Shown: piece by piece, positions 20,816-32,817 of the stretch
Layout of the letters: every line of letters starts with the position of its first letter
Position numbering within the stretch: position 1 is the stretch's first letter
Assembly (NCBI GenBank): GCA_963737155.1
Contig: CAVTRN010000001.1
Location: 960,001 to 1,024,000, forward strand
Direction of reading: 5' to 3'
Length of the DNA: 64,000 nucleotides
Source: Nitrospirota bacterium
GTDB taxonomy: Bacteria > Nitrospirota > UBA9217
Notes under the pieces: generated by a model
Databases searched by the model: none
What the model saw: only the letters and a program-made list of their open reading frames with translations
What the model was told of the DNA's origin: nothing
Translations under genes and position numbers: made by a program

Positions 20816-21109
20816 TGTATATTAGATTCTCCTCCTGCAACAACCTTTAATACTAAGATGAGTTGTACTTTCCGTTATACTTTTAAACCCTGCCACCAAT
20901 ACACCTGCCTGCTTCACAGGATGAGCTGATATCCGGCGTTTATTTGCACCTTCCGCTGCCTGTTTATGGAGAATGCGTTCAAGTATAAGTTCAGCACGCG
21001 TGATTTGGTCCGAACCCTGCCGCTGGTCTTCATCGCCCTGATATATTCCCTGTACTTATCGTACTTATCGGTTTTTCCAGCGGAAATCTTAAGAAATAAA
21101 ACATCTTAA

Positions 21110-21209
21110 GAGCCTGTTGCTCAAACCATTTTTTGTGAAATACGACCATTGATTTTATTGAACATATTTTTTACAAAATGATCCAAAAGGCTATTTGTGC
21201 AACAGGCTC
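21110..21209. mobile_element. 100-bp MITE
   Basis: IRs GAGCCTGTTGCTCAAA and TTTGTGCAACAGGCTC (15/16), TTAA on both flanks. Confidence 0.75.
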
Positions 21210-21519
21210 TTAAGCATTATATTTTTTGAGTACAATCTTTTATGGCATGAATATACTCGAAATTGCAGCTGTCTGAAATTATGGAGGAACATCGATGGGA
21301 TGCAATGCTGTCTATTACAGATCAAGGCATTAGGCGTTGCAAATTGACAAATTCAATATGCACAGGAAGGAGTGTTGACTAAAAACTTCAATCGGGATTA
21401 TTTATTTTTGTAGTCCTGGTTCACCGGGCTATTATTTTATATCACTTGATAATGGTGTGATAAAAACTTCAAACAAAATTATTCACCTTTCTAACAATGC
21501 TGGCCCTCCGAACTCCACC

Positions 21520-22400
21520 TCCCATGAAGAAGGTTTGGTCAAGCGCCAACCTGGATTATTTTTATTTAAGTGCTAGTGCATCTCGATTTCAATCATTCAG
21601 CTTCGCCAAATAGCCCGGGTTTTATCAGAAAATCAGCCATCCTCCCATTCGAGATCACCCTATGGTGTCCCACCTTACGGATGCTGATGGCACGCCCGTT
21701 CTACAAGCAGGTTTTTTCAACCATGGTGAATCCGCGGGCTGTCCCAAACCGTTGACTTCCTGAATCCCGGTTCATCGTTGAGAGAGCTTGCCACCGTAGA
21801 CTTTATTCAATAACATTCTGTTAGTTTACATGCAGCAATTGCGCATTATAAGGTCTTCGGTCATGAAGCACGTAAAAGATATTCTCAACCAGCTTTCTTG
21901 CTAAAGCGACCACTGCGGCTTTGGAGCCTCTTCGTTTGGCTATACGCTCATACCATTTCCGTAACGGTTTGTTATCACTATTTGCGCTCCGTAATATGGC
22001 ACGAACACCCTTGACTGCTACGTGTCTCACTTCACTTCGACCTTCGCGGGTTATATGGCCATAATCAGCACGCTCTCCACGACTAAATACACTTGGCACG
22101 AGACCACAATAACTCGATAGCTGTTTTGCTCTCTTGAATCGAGTTACTGTTGAGATCGCTGCATAGGTGGTGGTTTGCTATCACAAGTTCGAGATGAAAT
22201 GTTCATTTTACAAGATGTGCAACTGCTGCAGATTACAGGAAGTTTTGTACCGCCGGTTTCGAAGAATTGATCAATTGAGATGTTTCCGAAGTGGTTCCTC
22301 CAGTATTTTCTCGATGCCTCAAATACGTTCCAAGATTTTACTCCGGGCGCCACTCTGGACATAAACATTTCGGATAATCAGCACAAGCGAGGGCATTTGT
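21520..22400 (-). mobile_element. degraded IS110/IS1111-family element (C-terminal transposase plus 3' non-coding end)
   Basis: RFKRAKQLSSYCGLVPS...GHITREG...AAVVALARKL; ~300-nt downstream non-coding end; boundaries approximate. Confidence 0.7.
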
Positions 22401-22420
22401 TTCAGATTGCGCACTGATTC

Positions 22421-22730
22421 TCAACTCATGGTGTCGTCTTTGTGGAATGAGATCCGATTCCACCCAGTAACATTGTCGTTCTCTACAACTGCTTCACGCA
22501 GGTATATCCAAGAGCTCCGAAGGATGAAAAGATCGTTTAATAGTTGCCGATCGGTTCTGTTCGAAATGGCACACTCTTTTCGCTCAATTCGATCAGTGTT
22601 CGATTTCGTCAGTTCAGCGATTATGGTCCGCTCAAAAGGAAGTGCGGCCCCTTGGCAGTACAAATAGATTCTACGAAAGCACACGACTCATTTTCAGCGT
22701 CCCATCTTTTTTAAGACGGCGACGCCTGTA
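22421..22730 (-). other. possible remnant of the C-terminal HTH of a transposase-like protein
   Basis: Weak resemblance only (RQLLNDLF...LREAVVEN); sits at island edge. Confidence 0.25.
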
Positions 22731-22735
22731 TATCT

Positions 22736-23653
22736 TTAGGGGATGACTTTGTTCAGCGGGTACTCCACAATGCCGGAAGCACCTCTGCGCTTGAGCCGGG
22801 GGATCAGGTCTCGCGCTTCTTTTTCATCTAATATGACTTCGAGACTCACCCATGCCGGATCTGTCTGATGCGAAATCGTGGGCGCGTGCATGGACGGCAG
22901 CAGGCCGCAGATTTCCTTCAGGCCCGCCTTCGGTGCATTCATCTTGAGTCCCACCTTCTCCTCGGCGGAAAGCGCGCCCTGAAGCAGCATGGCCATATTC
23001 TCGATCTTTTTTCGCTTCCAGGGGTCACTCCATGCCTTTTTGTTTGCAATAAGACGCGTTGTGGACTCAAGCATAACTTCTACGATTCTGAGTTTGTTAG
23101 CCCTGAGCGAGCTGCCGGTCTCCGTGAGTTCGACGATCGCATCGGCAAGCCGTGGCGGCTTCACTTCTGTAGCGCCCCACGAGAACTCGATGTCCGCGGT
23201 GATACCCCGGGACTTGAGATAACGCTTGGTATATCCTACCAGTTCGGTGGCTATGCGTTTCCCTTTCAGGTCCTTGATGGATTTGATGGGTGAATCCTCG
23301 GGCACAGCCACAACCCAGCGAACGGGGGTAAGGCCGCCTTTTGCATAGCGGAGTTCGGCCACCTCGACAACGTCTGCGTTCTGCTCGAGGATCCAATCCT
23401 TGCCTGTAAGGCCGACATCGAAGATGCCGTGATCGACATAGCGCGCCATTTCTTGGGCACGGACAAGAGTGCAATCGATGTTTTGGTCGTCGATAGTAGG
23501 GTAGTAGCTCCGTGAGCTGACCTGGACGCGGTACCCCGCCTTATTGAAGAGCTTGAAAGTGGATTCCTGCAAGCTCCCTTTGGGGAGGCCGAGTTTGAGC
23601 TTCGGCTTCGCGGGCTCTTTTTGTGTAACAGGCTTTTTTGATTTAACAGGCAT
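22736..23653 (-). CDS. hisG: ATP phosphoribosyltransferase, long form
   Basis: [41 protein letters not shown]; C-terminal regulatory domain. Confidence 0.96.
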   Translation of the reverse strand: MPVKSKKPVTQKEPAKPKLKLGLPKGSLQESTFKLFNKAGYRVQVSSRSYYPTIDDQNIDCTLVRAQEMARYVDHGIFDVGLTGKDWILEQNADVVEVAELRYAKGGLTPVRWVVAVPEDSPIKSIKDLKGKRIATELVGYTKRYLKSRGITADIEFSWGATEVKPPRLADAIVELTETGSSLRANKLRIVEVMLESTTRLIANKKAWSDPWKRKKIENMAMLLQGALSAEEKVGLKMNAPKAGLKEICGLLPSMHAPTISHQTDPAWVSLEVILDEKEARDLIPRLKRRGASGIVEYPLNKVIP

Positions 23654-23730
23654 CTGATCTCCCTCCTGTGTAGTGAGCCGGGAGGACATCTGTCTACTCC
23701 TATCCGGCTTCCGAGTCCTGACTCCTGATT

Positions 23731-25026
23731 TTACTTCTTTGTCATTCTTACTCTAATGGTGTTTCCGTGCGCTTCGAGGCCTTCGATGTCCGCGATCTGC
23801 AGGACCGCTTCTCCAACTTTGTCAAGCCCTTCCTTTGTATAAAAAATCAGGCTGGATTTCTTCATAAAGCTTTCTGTGGAAAGCGGCGAAAAAAACCGCG
23901 CCGTTCCGCCCGTTGGCAGCACGTGGTTCGGTCCAGCGATATAGTCACCTACGGATTCCGGCGTATAGTGACCGAGAAAAATGGCGCCCGCATTCTTGAT
24001 AAGCGCAAGAAGTTCAAAGGGTTTCTCAAGGGCAAGCTCGAGATGCTCGGGTGCGATAGAGTTCGAGGCCGCTGCCGCATCCGGAAGGGTTGATGTCAGG
24101 ATAATGGCGCCGAAGCGGTCAATGGCCCTGCGAGCGATCTCTTTCCGCGTGAGGTTCGCGAGCTGCCGCTCAACTTCGGCGTCGACGCGTTCTGCGAGTG
24201 CCTGCGACGTCGTGATGAGGATGGAGGAGGCCAGCTCATCATGCTCTGCCTGCGAGAGAAGGTCGGCTGCCACGAACGTTGGATTCGCAGAATCATCTGC
24301 GATGATCAGGATCTCGCTTGGCCCGGCGATCATATCGATGTCGACTTGGCCGAACACGGAGCGCTTGGCGACGGCGACGTAGATGTTGCCAGGACCAACG
24401 ATCTTGTCAACCTTGGGGATCGTCGCGGTGCCGTAAGCCATGGCAGCCACTGCCTGTGCCCCGCCGACCCTATATATTTCATTGACACCAGCGATGTCCG
24501 CGGCAACGAGAATGTAGGGATTCAGTATTCCGCCGGGCGCTGGCGAGCACATCACGAGCTGTTCCACACCGGCGACTCTGGCGGGAATTGCATTCATGAG
24601 TACCGACGATGGATAACATGCCTTGCCGCCGGGGACGTATATGCCCGCGCTCCTTATCGGCCGCGCGAGCTGGCCGAGAATCACGCCATCTGCTTCTTGG
24701 CTGACCCAGGAACTGATTTTTTGCTTTTCGTGGAAGAGCTGGATATTCCGGGCGGCGAGCTTGAGGGCATCCACTTTCCTCGGTTCGATGCGGCTGTATG
24801 CATCCTTGGTCTCCTCGGCGGAGACCCTCATTTCCTTGAGCGTTAGTTGTACCTTGTCAAATTTTCTCGTATACTCAAGTATTGCCGGGTCTCCTTCCTT
24901 ACGGACGCGGTCCACGATCTCCTTCACAGCCGCCGCCACTTCCTCTGTTGCTGTCTCGCCGCGATTGATGATTCGTTTGAGTTCAGATACGACATCTTTC
25001 TGCCGTGAATCGATGATTTTCATCAA
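23731..25026 (-). CDS. hisD: histidinol dehydrogenase
   Basis: [44 protein letters not shown]. Confidence 0.97.
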   Translation of the reverse strand: MMKIIDSRQKDVVSELKRIINRGETATEEVAAAVKEIVDRVRKEGDPAILEYTRKFDKVQLTLKEMRVSAEETKDAYSRIEPRKVDALKLAARNIQLFHEKQKISSWVSQEADGVILGQLARPIRSAGIYVPGGKACYPSSVLMNAIPARVAGVEQLVMCSPAPGGILNPYILVAADIAGVNEIYRVGGAQAVAAMAYGTATIPKVDKIVGPGNIYVAVAKRSVFGQVDIDMIAGPSEILIIADDSANPTFVAADLLSQAEHDELASSILITTSQALAERVDAEVERQLANLTRKEIARRAIDRFGAIILTSTLPDAAAASNSIAPEHLELALEKPFELLALIKNAGAIFLGHYTPESVGDYIAGPNHVLPTGGTARFFSPLSTESFMKKSSLIFYTKEGLDKVGEAVLQIADIEGLEAHGNTIRVRMTKK

Positions 25027-25115
25027 TTACCTCATTTTTATCGACCGCGGAATGAGCACAGTGAAATACGGATTTTTCCATTTATTTCTGTTTTTACTGG
25101 CAGCTATAAAACAAC

Positions 25116-26363
25116 TTACACTCGCTTGATGTCTGCTCCCAGCGCCGAAAGCTTCTGCTCGATGTTTTCATATCCCCGATCAAGGTGGTAGATGCGCGAT
25201 ATCACGGTCTGGCCTTCCGCCGCCAGGCCTGCGAGGATAAGCGATGCACTCGCGCGCAAGTCCGTGGCCATGACAGGCGCCGCGGAAAGCCTGACTATTC
25301 CCTTGACGATGGCTGTCCTGCCGTCTGTTTCGATGTTCGCGCCCATGCGCCTGAGCTCGGCAATGTGGGTGAAGCGGTTTTCGAAAATGGTTTCATTGAT
25401 GACGCTGGTACCGTTGGCTAGGGTCATGAGGCTCATGATCTGTGCCTGCATATCCGTGGGAAAACCGGGATATTCTAGAGTCTTGATATTTACAGGGCTG
25501 ATTATTTCTGACCCGGTCACCTGTATTGTTCCCTCGCCGGTCCTGATCTTGGCTCCGGTTTCTCCGACTTTCGAGAGCACCGCATCGAGGTGGGCCGAAA
25601 AGCAATTCTTGATGGTGATGGAGCCTCCGGTAATTGCCGCGGCGATCACAAAGGTCCCGGTCTCTATGCGATCAGGCATGACGGTGTAATCCATCGGTTT
25701 CAGGCTTTCGACGCCCTTGATCCTAATGACGTCGGTGCCCGCGCCCTCTATTTTTGCGCCCATCTTGGTTAGGGCGTTAGCCAAGTCGGTGATCTCGGGC
25801 TCCCGCGCGGCATTTTCGAGAACACTTTCACCGTGGGCGAGCGCGGCTGCCATCATGATGTTCTCAGTTCCTGTGACGGTTACTGTATCGAAATAGACAT
25901 GGGCACCGCGGAGCCGCTTTGCGCTCGCGACGACATAACCGTGTTCGATTGAGACCGTTGCCCCGAGCTTTTCAAGACCCATGAGGTGCAGATTGATGGG
26001 CCGTGCGCCGATGGCGCATCCACCAGGCAGCGATACGCGAGCCTTTCCGAAACGTGCGACTAGAGGGCCCAGCACGAGCACCGATGCTCGCATAGTGCGC
26101 ACCAGATCGTACGGCGCCTCTGGGTTCGAGATGGAGGTGGAATCGACATATATGTCGTGATCCCTGCGCTCGAAGGATACCCCCATGTTCTGCAGAATCC
26201 TTCCGAAGGTCGTCACATCGGCAAGACGCGGGACGTTTGAGATGGTATGACGACCCTCGCACAGAAGGCACGCCGCGAGAATCGGCAGCGCAGCATTTTT
26301 TGCCCCGCTGATCACGACTTCGCCGCTCAGTTTTTTCCCCCCATTAATTACGATGGTTTTCAT
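25116..26363 (-). CDS. murA: UDP-GlcNAc 1-carboxyvinyltransferase
   Basis: [23 protein letters not shown] (active-site Cys), GFPTDMQ, HLDRGYE. Confidence 0.97.
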   Translation of the reverse strand: MKTIVINGGKKLSGEVVISGAKNAALPILAACLLCEGRHTISNVPRLADVTTFGRILQNMGVSFERRDHDIYVDSTSISNPEAPYDLVRTMRASVLVLGPLVARFGKARVSLPGGCAIGARPINLHLMGLEKLGATVSIEHGYVVASAKRLRGAHVYFDTVTVTGTENIMMAAALAHGESVLENAAREPEITDLANALTKMGAKIEGAGTDVIRIKGVESLKPMDYTVMPDRIETGTFVIAAAITGGSITIKNCFSAHLDAVLSKVGETGAKIRTGEGTIQVTGSEIISPVNIKTLEYPGFPTDMQAQIMSLMTLANGTSVINETIFENRFTHIAELRRMGANIETDGRTAIVKGIVRLSAAPVMATDLRASASLILAGLAAEGQTVISRIYHLDRGYENIEQKLSALGADIKRV

Positions 26364-26444
26364 AATAGAGACGCAATCCGGACGACAGGAGCCAGAGGGC
26401 TGATTGGAGCAGCATTGCAACCTGATGACTGACTATCGGTGATC

Positions 26445-27308
26445 TCATTTTTTCCTTGCTTCTACTACTCTTTCTATCCCTGCCAGGTCCCTCAGTATTT
26501 CAAAAGACCGGTATCGTCCATCTTCTTTAAGCTCGTTCGCTAGCGTTCCCGCCTGTCCGATTCCCATCTCCATGATGAGCAAGCCATTGCTCTTCAGATA
26601 ACGGATTGCCGCTTTTATGATCCGCTGATGGACTTCCGTGCCTTCCGGTCCTGCGAAGAGAGCCAGGGCTGGCTCATAATCCCGGACCTCCGGCTGGAGC
26701 GTGGGGTAGTCGCCTGATCGTACATAAGGCGGATTTGAAACAATGATATCAACACGACAGTCAATGTCGAGCGATTCCAGCGGCGCGGCCAGATCGCCTT
26801 CAAAAAAGAAGATACGGTCCAGAACATTGTGGCTGCGGGCATTCTCCCGTGCGACTGCAAGCGCTCCGGGGGATTTATCGGTTCCGATGACCCGGGCCGC
26901 TGGCAGTTCGCTCGCCAGAACTACGGCAAGACAGCCTGAGCCGGTGCAGAGGTCGACAAGGGTGCAGGCTTTGCTTCTGTCCCGGATGCTGTTCAAAACG
27001 GTCTCAATGATAAGCTCAGTCTCCGGTCGCGGGATGAGCACCTCGGGAGAAACAGCAAACTCAAGCCCCCAGAATTCCTGCTTCCCAGTTATGTATTGCA
27101 ACGGTTCACGCTTTGTTCTGCGTTCGACTGCCTGACCGAAAATTCCGCCAAGTTCATCGTCAAGCCTATCATGAAAATGAGCCAGAAGCCAAGCCCGGTC
27201 CCTCTTCAGTGCATAGCGGAGCAGCACCTCAGCATCAAGTCGCGGTGTCCCGATGCCCGCTGCTGTGAACCTGGTTGCTGCATCGTTTATTGCTTCAGCT
27301 AGAGTCAT
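26445..27308 (-). CDS. prmC: release factor glutamine methyltransferase
   Basis: EPLQYITG, LIPRPETE, DLCTGSG, SNPPY; follows prfA. Confidence 0.95.
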   Translation of the reverse strand: MTLAEAINDAATRFTAAGIGTPRLDAEVLLRYALKRDRAWLLAHFHDRLDDELGGIFGQAVERRTKREPLQYITGKQEFWGLEFAVSPEVLIPRPETELIIETVLNSIRDRSKACTLVDLCTGSGCLAVVLASELPAARVIGTDKSPGALAVARENARSHNVLDRIFFFEGDLAAPLESLDIDCRVDIIVSNPPYVRSGDYPTLQPEVRDYEPALALFAGPEGTEVHQRIIKAAIRYLKSNGLLIMEMGIGQAGTLANELKEDGRYRSFEILRDLAGIERVVEARKK

Positions 27309-27568
27309 CAAGCACACTACTGATGGTTTTACAAAAAGCCGGGGACTTCGTTCTTGATGTCTTCGCGGTTTGTATGGAATCATTTCTTGTCAGCTTTTTT
27401 TGGCAAGATGATTCCCGGCACACGGACAAGACGACTTTTTACCATTATATCAACAGAGGGACGTGGATTTTCTCAGACTAACGCAGATATCGTGTCAGGG
27501 GAGGTTTTCGAATTTTCCCATGCTTCTGTCCGAATTTTCCGCAAATGTCCGCTTCTCATGATAACAGT

Positions 27569-28636
27569 TTACAAGTTTTTCAGCCGGTCGGCATTGTCCG
27601 CCGCAGTGAGGCCATCAATAAATTCGTCGATGTCGCCGTCCATGACCGAGTCGATCTTGTAGAGTGAAACCCCGACCCGGTGGTCCGTTACTCTGCTCTG
27701 AGGAAAATTGTACGTTCTGATTTTTTCACTGCGGTCGCCAGTGCCGACTTGCGACTTGCGCGCTGCAGCCTCCTCGGCATCCTTCTTTTCCCGTTCTTTT
27801 TCCAACAGGCGGGATTTGAGTATCTTCATGGCCTTCTCACGGTTCTTGAGCTGCGATCGCTCATCCTGGCAGGCCACTACTTCACCGGTGGGGATATGAG
27901 TGATGCGGACTGCCGAGTAGGTAGTGTTCACGCTCTGGCCGCCGGGACCGGAAGAGCAGTAAGTATCTATGCGCAGGTCCTTCTGTTCTATCTGGACGTC
28001 CACATCTTCGGCTTCGGGGATCACTGCTACGGTGACCGTCGATGTATGGATCCGGCCGCTCGCTTCCGTGGCAGGGACTCGCTGGACGCGGTGCACTCCG
28101 CTTTCATACTTCAGCCTGCTGAAAACGCCCTTGCCCTGGATCTGGGCTATCACTTCCTTTGCCCCGCCGACGCCTGTGGTGCTCATGTCGAGCAGCGTGA
28201 CCTTCCATCGTTTCTTTTCAGCATAGCGGGAGTACATGCGGAATAGCTCGGCAGCAAACAGTCCCGCCTCATCGCCGCCAGCTCCGGCGCGGATTTCAAG
28301 AAAGATGTTTTTTTCATCCCGCGGGTCCCGGGGAACGAGCATGATCCTGATTTCCTGGTCCATCTCTTCGGTCCGCGGCCGAAGGTCCTTCAGCTCAGCT
28401 TCCGCCATCGTTCGCAGCTCCGGATCAGCCTGTTTGTCCTGGGTGATTTCCTCCGCCTCCCTGATCTGTTTTTGCAGGTTCTGATAGGCGCGGTACTTGT
28501 TCACCACGTCCTCGATCTCGGACCGCTCCTTTGAATACTTTTGGTACTGCTGGTGATCGGCCGCGACAACAGGATCGGATAGGAGCCTCGTTAGTTCGTC
28601 ATATTTTTCCGCGACTGCGTCCAATTTTTTCAGCAT
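27569..28636 (-). CDS. prfA: peptide chain release factor 1
   Basis: PAT tripeptide (RVPATE), GGQ motif, RTYNFPQSR. Confidence 0.98.
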   Translation of the reverse strand: MLKKLDAVAEKYDELTRLLSDPVVAADHQQYQKYSKERSEIEDVVNKYRAYQNLQKQIREAEEITQDKQADPELRTMAEAELKDLRPRTEEMDQEIRIMLVPRDPRDEKNIFLEIRAGAGGDEAGLFAAELFRMYSRYAEKKRWKVTLLDMSTTGVGGAKEVIAQIQGKGVFSRLKYESGVHRVQRVPATEASGRIHTSTVTVAVIPEAEDVDVQIEQKDLRIDTYCSSGPGGQSVNTTYSAVRITHIPTGEVVACQDERSQLKNREKAMKILKSRLLEKEREKKDAEEAAARKSQVGTGDRSEKIRTYNFPQSRVTDHRVGVSLYKIDSVMDGDIDEFIDGLTAADNADRLKNL

Positions 28637-28678
28637 AAGTCAGATCATTCTGCCGTGAAGGCATGTTTTTTTAGCAAT

Positions 28679-28702
28679 AAAAAACCCCGCTTTAGCGGGG
28701 TT
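28679..28702 (-). terminator. intrinsic terminator overlapping DUF1385 stop
   Basis: Minus strand AACCCCGC-TAAA-GCGGGGTTTTTT. Confidence 0.65.
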
Positions 28703-29585
28703 CCATCGCAAGAGCTTCCTTGAGGGACCTGATGGCCACCTCAATTTGATCGTCAGATGGATCCCTCGTAGTAAGTCGCTGGAGCCAGAGACCAGGTTGC
28801 ATAAGGCCACTGATGAGAGGATTATCGCATTTGTTCGCGCTGTACTTGATAAACTCATATCCCAGCCCGGCGATCACAGGAAGCAGCACGATACGGGAAA
28901 GCCCCTTTGCCCAGAGGGGCCAGGTACCCGGGATAAGTGAAAAAACGAGAATGGATAGCGCAATGACTGCAATGAGAAAGCTTGTTCCGCAGCGGGGATG
29001 GATACGGGAGTAGCGTCTCGCATTCTCAACCGTGAGCTCCACGCCGGCTTCATGGGCGGCTATGGATTTGTGTTCCGCGCCGTGGTACTCGAAGACTCTC
29101 CGGATGTCCTTCATGAGAGAGATGCCCGACACATACCCGAGAAACAGCGCCATGCGGAGCATGCCGTCCGTAAGATTGAATAGAACGCTACTTCGGGTGA
29201 CGGCATCATATTTCATGCCGAGGAGATTAGTGATGAGGAGGGGCAGAGCCAGGAACAGACCGAGGGAAAACGCGACGGCCACGATCAAGGTTCCCGCCAT
29301 GGCGATGGTGCTGATCTCCTCTTTCTTCCCGTCCTCGTTTTCGAGCACCTCGCTTGCGGAGAAGTTGAGGGCCCTGATGCCGAGCCACAGCGCTTCGAAG
29401 AGGGCGACCGATCCCCGGATGATCCTTTTTTTGAACAGAGGGTAGCGCTCCCCGAGGGGAAGAATTGTCTCTTTCAGGATGGCGATTTCGGAACCGGCCT
29501 TTCCCCCTTTGCGCACTGCCACGGTAAAGGCATGGGGTGAGCGCATCATGACACCCTCAAGCACAGCCTGACCGCCTATATTCAT
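28692..29585 (-). CDS. DUF1385 family membrane protein
   Basis: IGGQAVLEGVMM, FEYHGAEHK, HPRCGTSF, LQRLTTRDP; usual position between rpmE and prfA. Confidence 0.92.
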   Translation of the reverse strand: MNIGGQAVLEGVMMRSPHAFTVAVRKGGKAGSEIAILKETILPLGERYPLFKKRIIRGSVALFEALWLGIRALNFSASEVLENEDGKKEEISTIAMAGTLIVAVAFSLGLFLALPLLITNLLGMKYDAVTRSSVLFNLTDGMLRMALFLGYVSGISLMKDIRRVFEYHGAEHKSIAAHEAGVELTVENARRYSRIHPRCGTSFLIAVIALSILVFSLIPGTWPLWAKGLSRIVLLPVIAGLGYEFIKYSANKCDNPLISGLMQPGLWLQRLTTRDPSDDQIEVAIRSLKEALAMEPR

Positions 29586-29653
29586 GCTTTCTGGCAAATC
29601 GGAGCCCTCGCGATCAGCAGAACAACTGGACCTTGCTGCCTGATCCTACCTTG

Positions 29654-29854
29654 TTACGCCTTTTTGTATTTTTTCCGGAACTTGTCTACGCGGCCTTCGG
29701 TATCGATGAGCTTCTGCTTGCCGGTGAAGAAGGGATGGCAATTAGAGCAGATATCGAGCTTCACGTTTTCCTTGGTGGATCGGATCTGGAACGCTTCACC
29801 GCAGGCGCAGTGAATAGTCGTTACCTTGTATTCGGGATGAATGGCCTCTTTCAT
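29654..29854 (-). CDS. rpmE: 50S ribosomal protein L31, Zn-binding form
   Basis: [26 protein letters not shown]. Confidence 0.97.
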   Translation of the reverse strand: MKEAIHPEYKVTTIHCACGEAFQIRSTKENVKLDICSNCHPFFTGKQKLIDTEGRVDKFRKKYKKA

Positions 29855-30194
29855 TGTTCTGATCTCCTTCTGATGGAAAAGCCAAGCCACAGCGGCTGGC
29901 TGTGGCTTGTGCGATTAAAGTTAACATAATATACCAAACTGCGCAAATATTCAAGCGAAAAATTACTTGTGTACCAAATAGAAATGTTCTGTTTTTTAAC
30001 ATTAAAAGCGCCTCAAGGCGCGATCAAACTTAACTTTTTGAAGATCCCATGGCAATCAAGTTCTCTTACACTGCATTTATGTCGTTTATGATACGTAGAA
30101 CAATTGCGAGTACATATGCAGGCTCCTATGACAATTGAACAAGGTATTAGTATCTTGATATAGGACATTTCTATTTTGGTATTACAGCGAAAAA

Positions 30195-31442
30195 TTATTT
30201 GTTCATCGCATCCAGGAAGTCCCTATTCGTTTTCGCCTGTTTGAGCTTTTCAAGCAGGAATTCCATACTTTCAACGGTGGATAGGGGGTTCAGAACCTTG
30301 CGGAGGATCCACATGCGGTTCAGATCGTCCTTGTCCACGAGCAGTTCTTCCTTGCGCGTACCCGATGCGTTGATGTCAATGGCCGGGAACACTCGCTTGT
30401 CCACCAGTTTCCGGTCGAGGTGGAGCTCCATGTTTCCCGTTCCCTTGAATTCTTCGAAGATCACATCATCCATGCGGCTGCCGGTATCCACGAGCGCGGT
30501 AGCGAGAATTGTCAGACTACCGCCGTCTTCAATGCTGCGGGCGGCGCCGAAGAACCGTTTTGGACGCTGTAGCGCATTAGCGTCCAAGCCTCCGGAGAGG
30601 ACCTTGCCGGAAGCGGGGATGATTGCGTTGTGCGCCCGCGCTAGGCGTGTGATGCTGTCCAGAAGGATAACGACGTCTTTTTTATGCTCTACTAGGCGTT
30701 TTGCCCGCTCGCTCACCATGTCGGCCACCTGGACATGCCTTTGCGGCGGTTCGTCGAAGGTGGAGCTGATGATCTCGGCCTTGACCTGACGCTGCCAGTC
30801 CGTGACTTCCTCGGGCCGTTCGTCGATCAGAAGCACAATGAGCTTTAGGTCAGGATGATTCTTCAAGATGGCCTTGGCAATGGCTTGGAGCAGCATGGTT
30901 TTGCCGGTCCGAGGCGGCGCCACAATCATGCCACGCTGTCCCATGCCGATAGGGGTAACGAGGTCCATTGCGCGGGTTGTATAATCGGTTGGCGAATGTT
31001 CAAGCTTGATCTTCTTAATCGGGTAGTAGGGGGTGAGGTTGTCGAAGAGTATCTTGGACCGCGATATTTCGGGGTCCTCATAATTGATAGCATCGACTTT
31101 GAGCAAGGCGAAATAGCGTTCGCCCTCCTTCGGGGGCCGAATCTGGCCGGAAACCGTGTCTCCGGTACGGATGTTGAACCGCCGGATCTGTGAGGGAGAG
31201 ACATAGATGTCGTCCGGGCCTGGGAGGTAATTGTAGTCCGGAGCCCTGAGAAAACCGAAGCCGTCGGGAAGAATTTCGAGCACGCCCTCGCCAAAGATCA
31301 TGCCGTTCTTTTCGGTCTGTGCTTGGAGAATGGCGAAGATCAGCTCCTGCTTGCGCAGGCCACTGACACCTTCGACCTTCAATTCGTCCGCCATGGCGGT
31401 GAGTTCGGCGATATTCTTTCCTTTAAGTTCTACCAGGTTCAT
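30195..31442 (-). CDS. rho: transcription termination factor Rho
   Basis: [34 protein letters not shown]. Confidence 0.98.
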   Translation of the reverse strand: MNLVELKGKNIAELTAMADELKVEGVSGLRKQELIFAILQAQTEKNGMIFGEGVLEILPDGFGFLRAPDYNYLPGPDDIYVSPSQIRRFNIRTGDTVSGQIRPPKEGERYFALLKVDAINYEDPEISRSKILFDNLTPYYPIKKIKLEHSPTDYTTRAMDLVTPIGMGQRGMIVAPPRTGKTMLLQAIAKAILKNHPDLKLIVLLIDERPEEVTDWQRQVKAEIISSTFDEPPQRHVQVADMVSERAKRLVEHKKDVVILLDSITRLARAHNAIIPASGKVLSGGLDANALQRPKRFFGAARSIEDGGSLTILATALVDTGSRMDDVIFEEFKGTGNMELHLDRKLVDKRVFPAIDINASGTRKEELLVDKDDLNRMWILRKVLNPLSTVESMEFLLEKLKQAKTNRDFLDAMNK

Positions 31443-31808
31443 GAGTTTGCTCCTTGGCCCGAGGCCTTTTTGGGACGGATGGGATTCATAGCTTTAGTGG
31501 GGAAGGGTTTGTGGTGTAAACAGCTCCTGCAGTCGTGTGATTAGAGAAATCATGCTAAATCGCAATATTGATAATGGCTTAAAATAGGCGAGTTTTTTCT
31601 CGGGTCGTCGGTTTGCGCGGTTATAATGGTTAAGTGAAGTTACGTAAACGGCAATGGCGGCGGCCGGTAGCGAGTTGTATCCGGGTAATATCGTTTTCCT
31701 ATTTGGTTGAGAAATCCGTGTTTGTTTACCTGACTCTTATTGCTTTACAGTGCTGGGTTTGAAGCTTTAGGGGTTTTTGGTTAGGCCTGCACGTTAATGA
31801 TATTATGA

Positions 31809-31837
31809 TATATACCGCAGAAAGTAAGATTTGTCAA
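31809..31837 (-). promoter_or_regulatory. rho promoter
   Basis: Minus strand TTGACA-17 nt-TATATA, ~360 nt before the rho ATG. Confidence 0.6.
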
Positions 31838-31892
31838 TATATTATTTTTACATAGTGTTGCACTCAGCAAGGCTTTGTGTATTTATAAAACA

Positions 31893-32030
31893 GTCCTGAA
31901 ATACCCAGCAGCTTGCTGCTGGGATGAAAAGGACATCCTGGCGAAGCCAGGATAAGTCTTCAGCTTCTTTGTTGTGCTTTTTTAAGGTTTCAAGTTCCGA
32001 TGCCCCGCAGCTTGCTGCGGGGTAATTCAC
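31893..32030 (+). mobile_element. IS200/IS605-type non-autonomous palindromic element
   Basis: Hairpins CCCAGCAGCTTGCTGCTGGG (31904-31923) and CCCCGCAGCTTGCTGCGGGG (32003-32022), ending in TTCAC. Confidence 0.6.
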
Positions 32031-32783
32031 TGTCACCAGCAAAGGTTGCAGAGAACGCCCCTTCGCTAAGAGCTCTACTGTATCGGGGTGGCAAGGATAC
32101 TGAGTGCCTCTCCTCCATATATATATCCCGGGAGAGGGAGGGTTCTTCACAGGATCTTGACATAAAAACGCCGCAGATGCCAAGTAAGGCAATAATTGTC
32201 GAAGTATCGACCAATAATGCGAAAGGCCGGGGTTTTCAGCAGGGTGGCCGCCACGTCGGATCGACAGCGATGGAACCACGATCATATACGGTGGGGCCCA
32301 CGAGCATAACGAGCAGTGGAATGATGGGCAGTTCTATGTCGCCGATCACGGCTAACCGCACTAAAAATTTCCTTCACCTGCTCGATGGAAGGGGAATAAC
32401 GGCATGCAACTGCCGGCTGCGATCAGGAGCGGGGCGCGTGGAGTGTTCGGAAAATCGTTCGAGAAGCTTAGCGGAATGTAAATGACGGAGAGACAGTGGT
32501 GTTCGGGAGGATAATCACCGAGAGCGAGGAGGAGTCCGAAGCGGTGGTGCCGGTTATTTAAAGTTACCGGTCCCCTGTATGGTTTTTCAAGAAAACAGCA
32601 TTGCCCACTGCGAGGATGAACTCAAAATATTTATCATCCCCGAAGATCATTCAGGAATAACGGAAAGGTTCCCCGTCGGTCTTCCGCAAGGCAAACACAT
32701 CTTGTCTTTTCGTTCTGCTATCTTGAAAATCCGACTTCGCGTCCGCATGCCGAATCACGAACTGCCCCTTCCCTGTTTCGGTG

Positions 32784-32812
32784 TTGACAGGCTCACGCTA
32801 TCGTAGTATAAA
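32784..32812 (+). promoter_or_regulatory. sigma70 promoter of Rieske gene, likely leaderless
   Basis: TTGACA-17 nt-TATAAA-5 nt-ATG, no SD. Confidence 0.6.
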
Positions 32813-32817
32813 ACCTC

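Noticed and set aside
22868-31544. Numerous plus-strand ORFs opposite the his, mur, prf and rho genes
   Set aside because: Antisense shadows of GC-rich coding sequence with no independent motifs; the same applies to ORFs opposite lon and gsp genes
32040-32780. ORFs 31848-32285, 32000-32485, 32579-32806 or a large ncRNA
   Set aside because: No recognisable protein motif, RBS or RNA-family signature; probably decayed sequence, left unassigned
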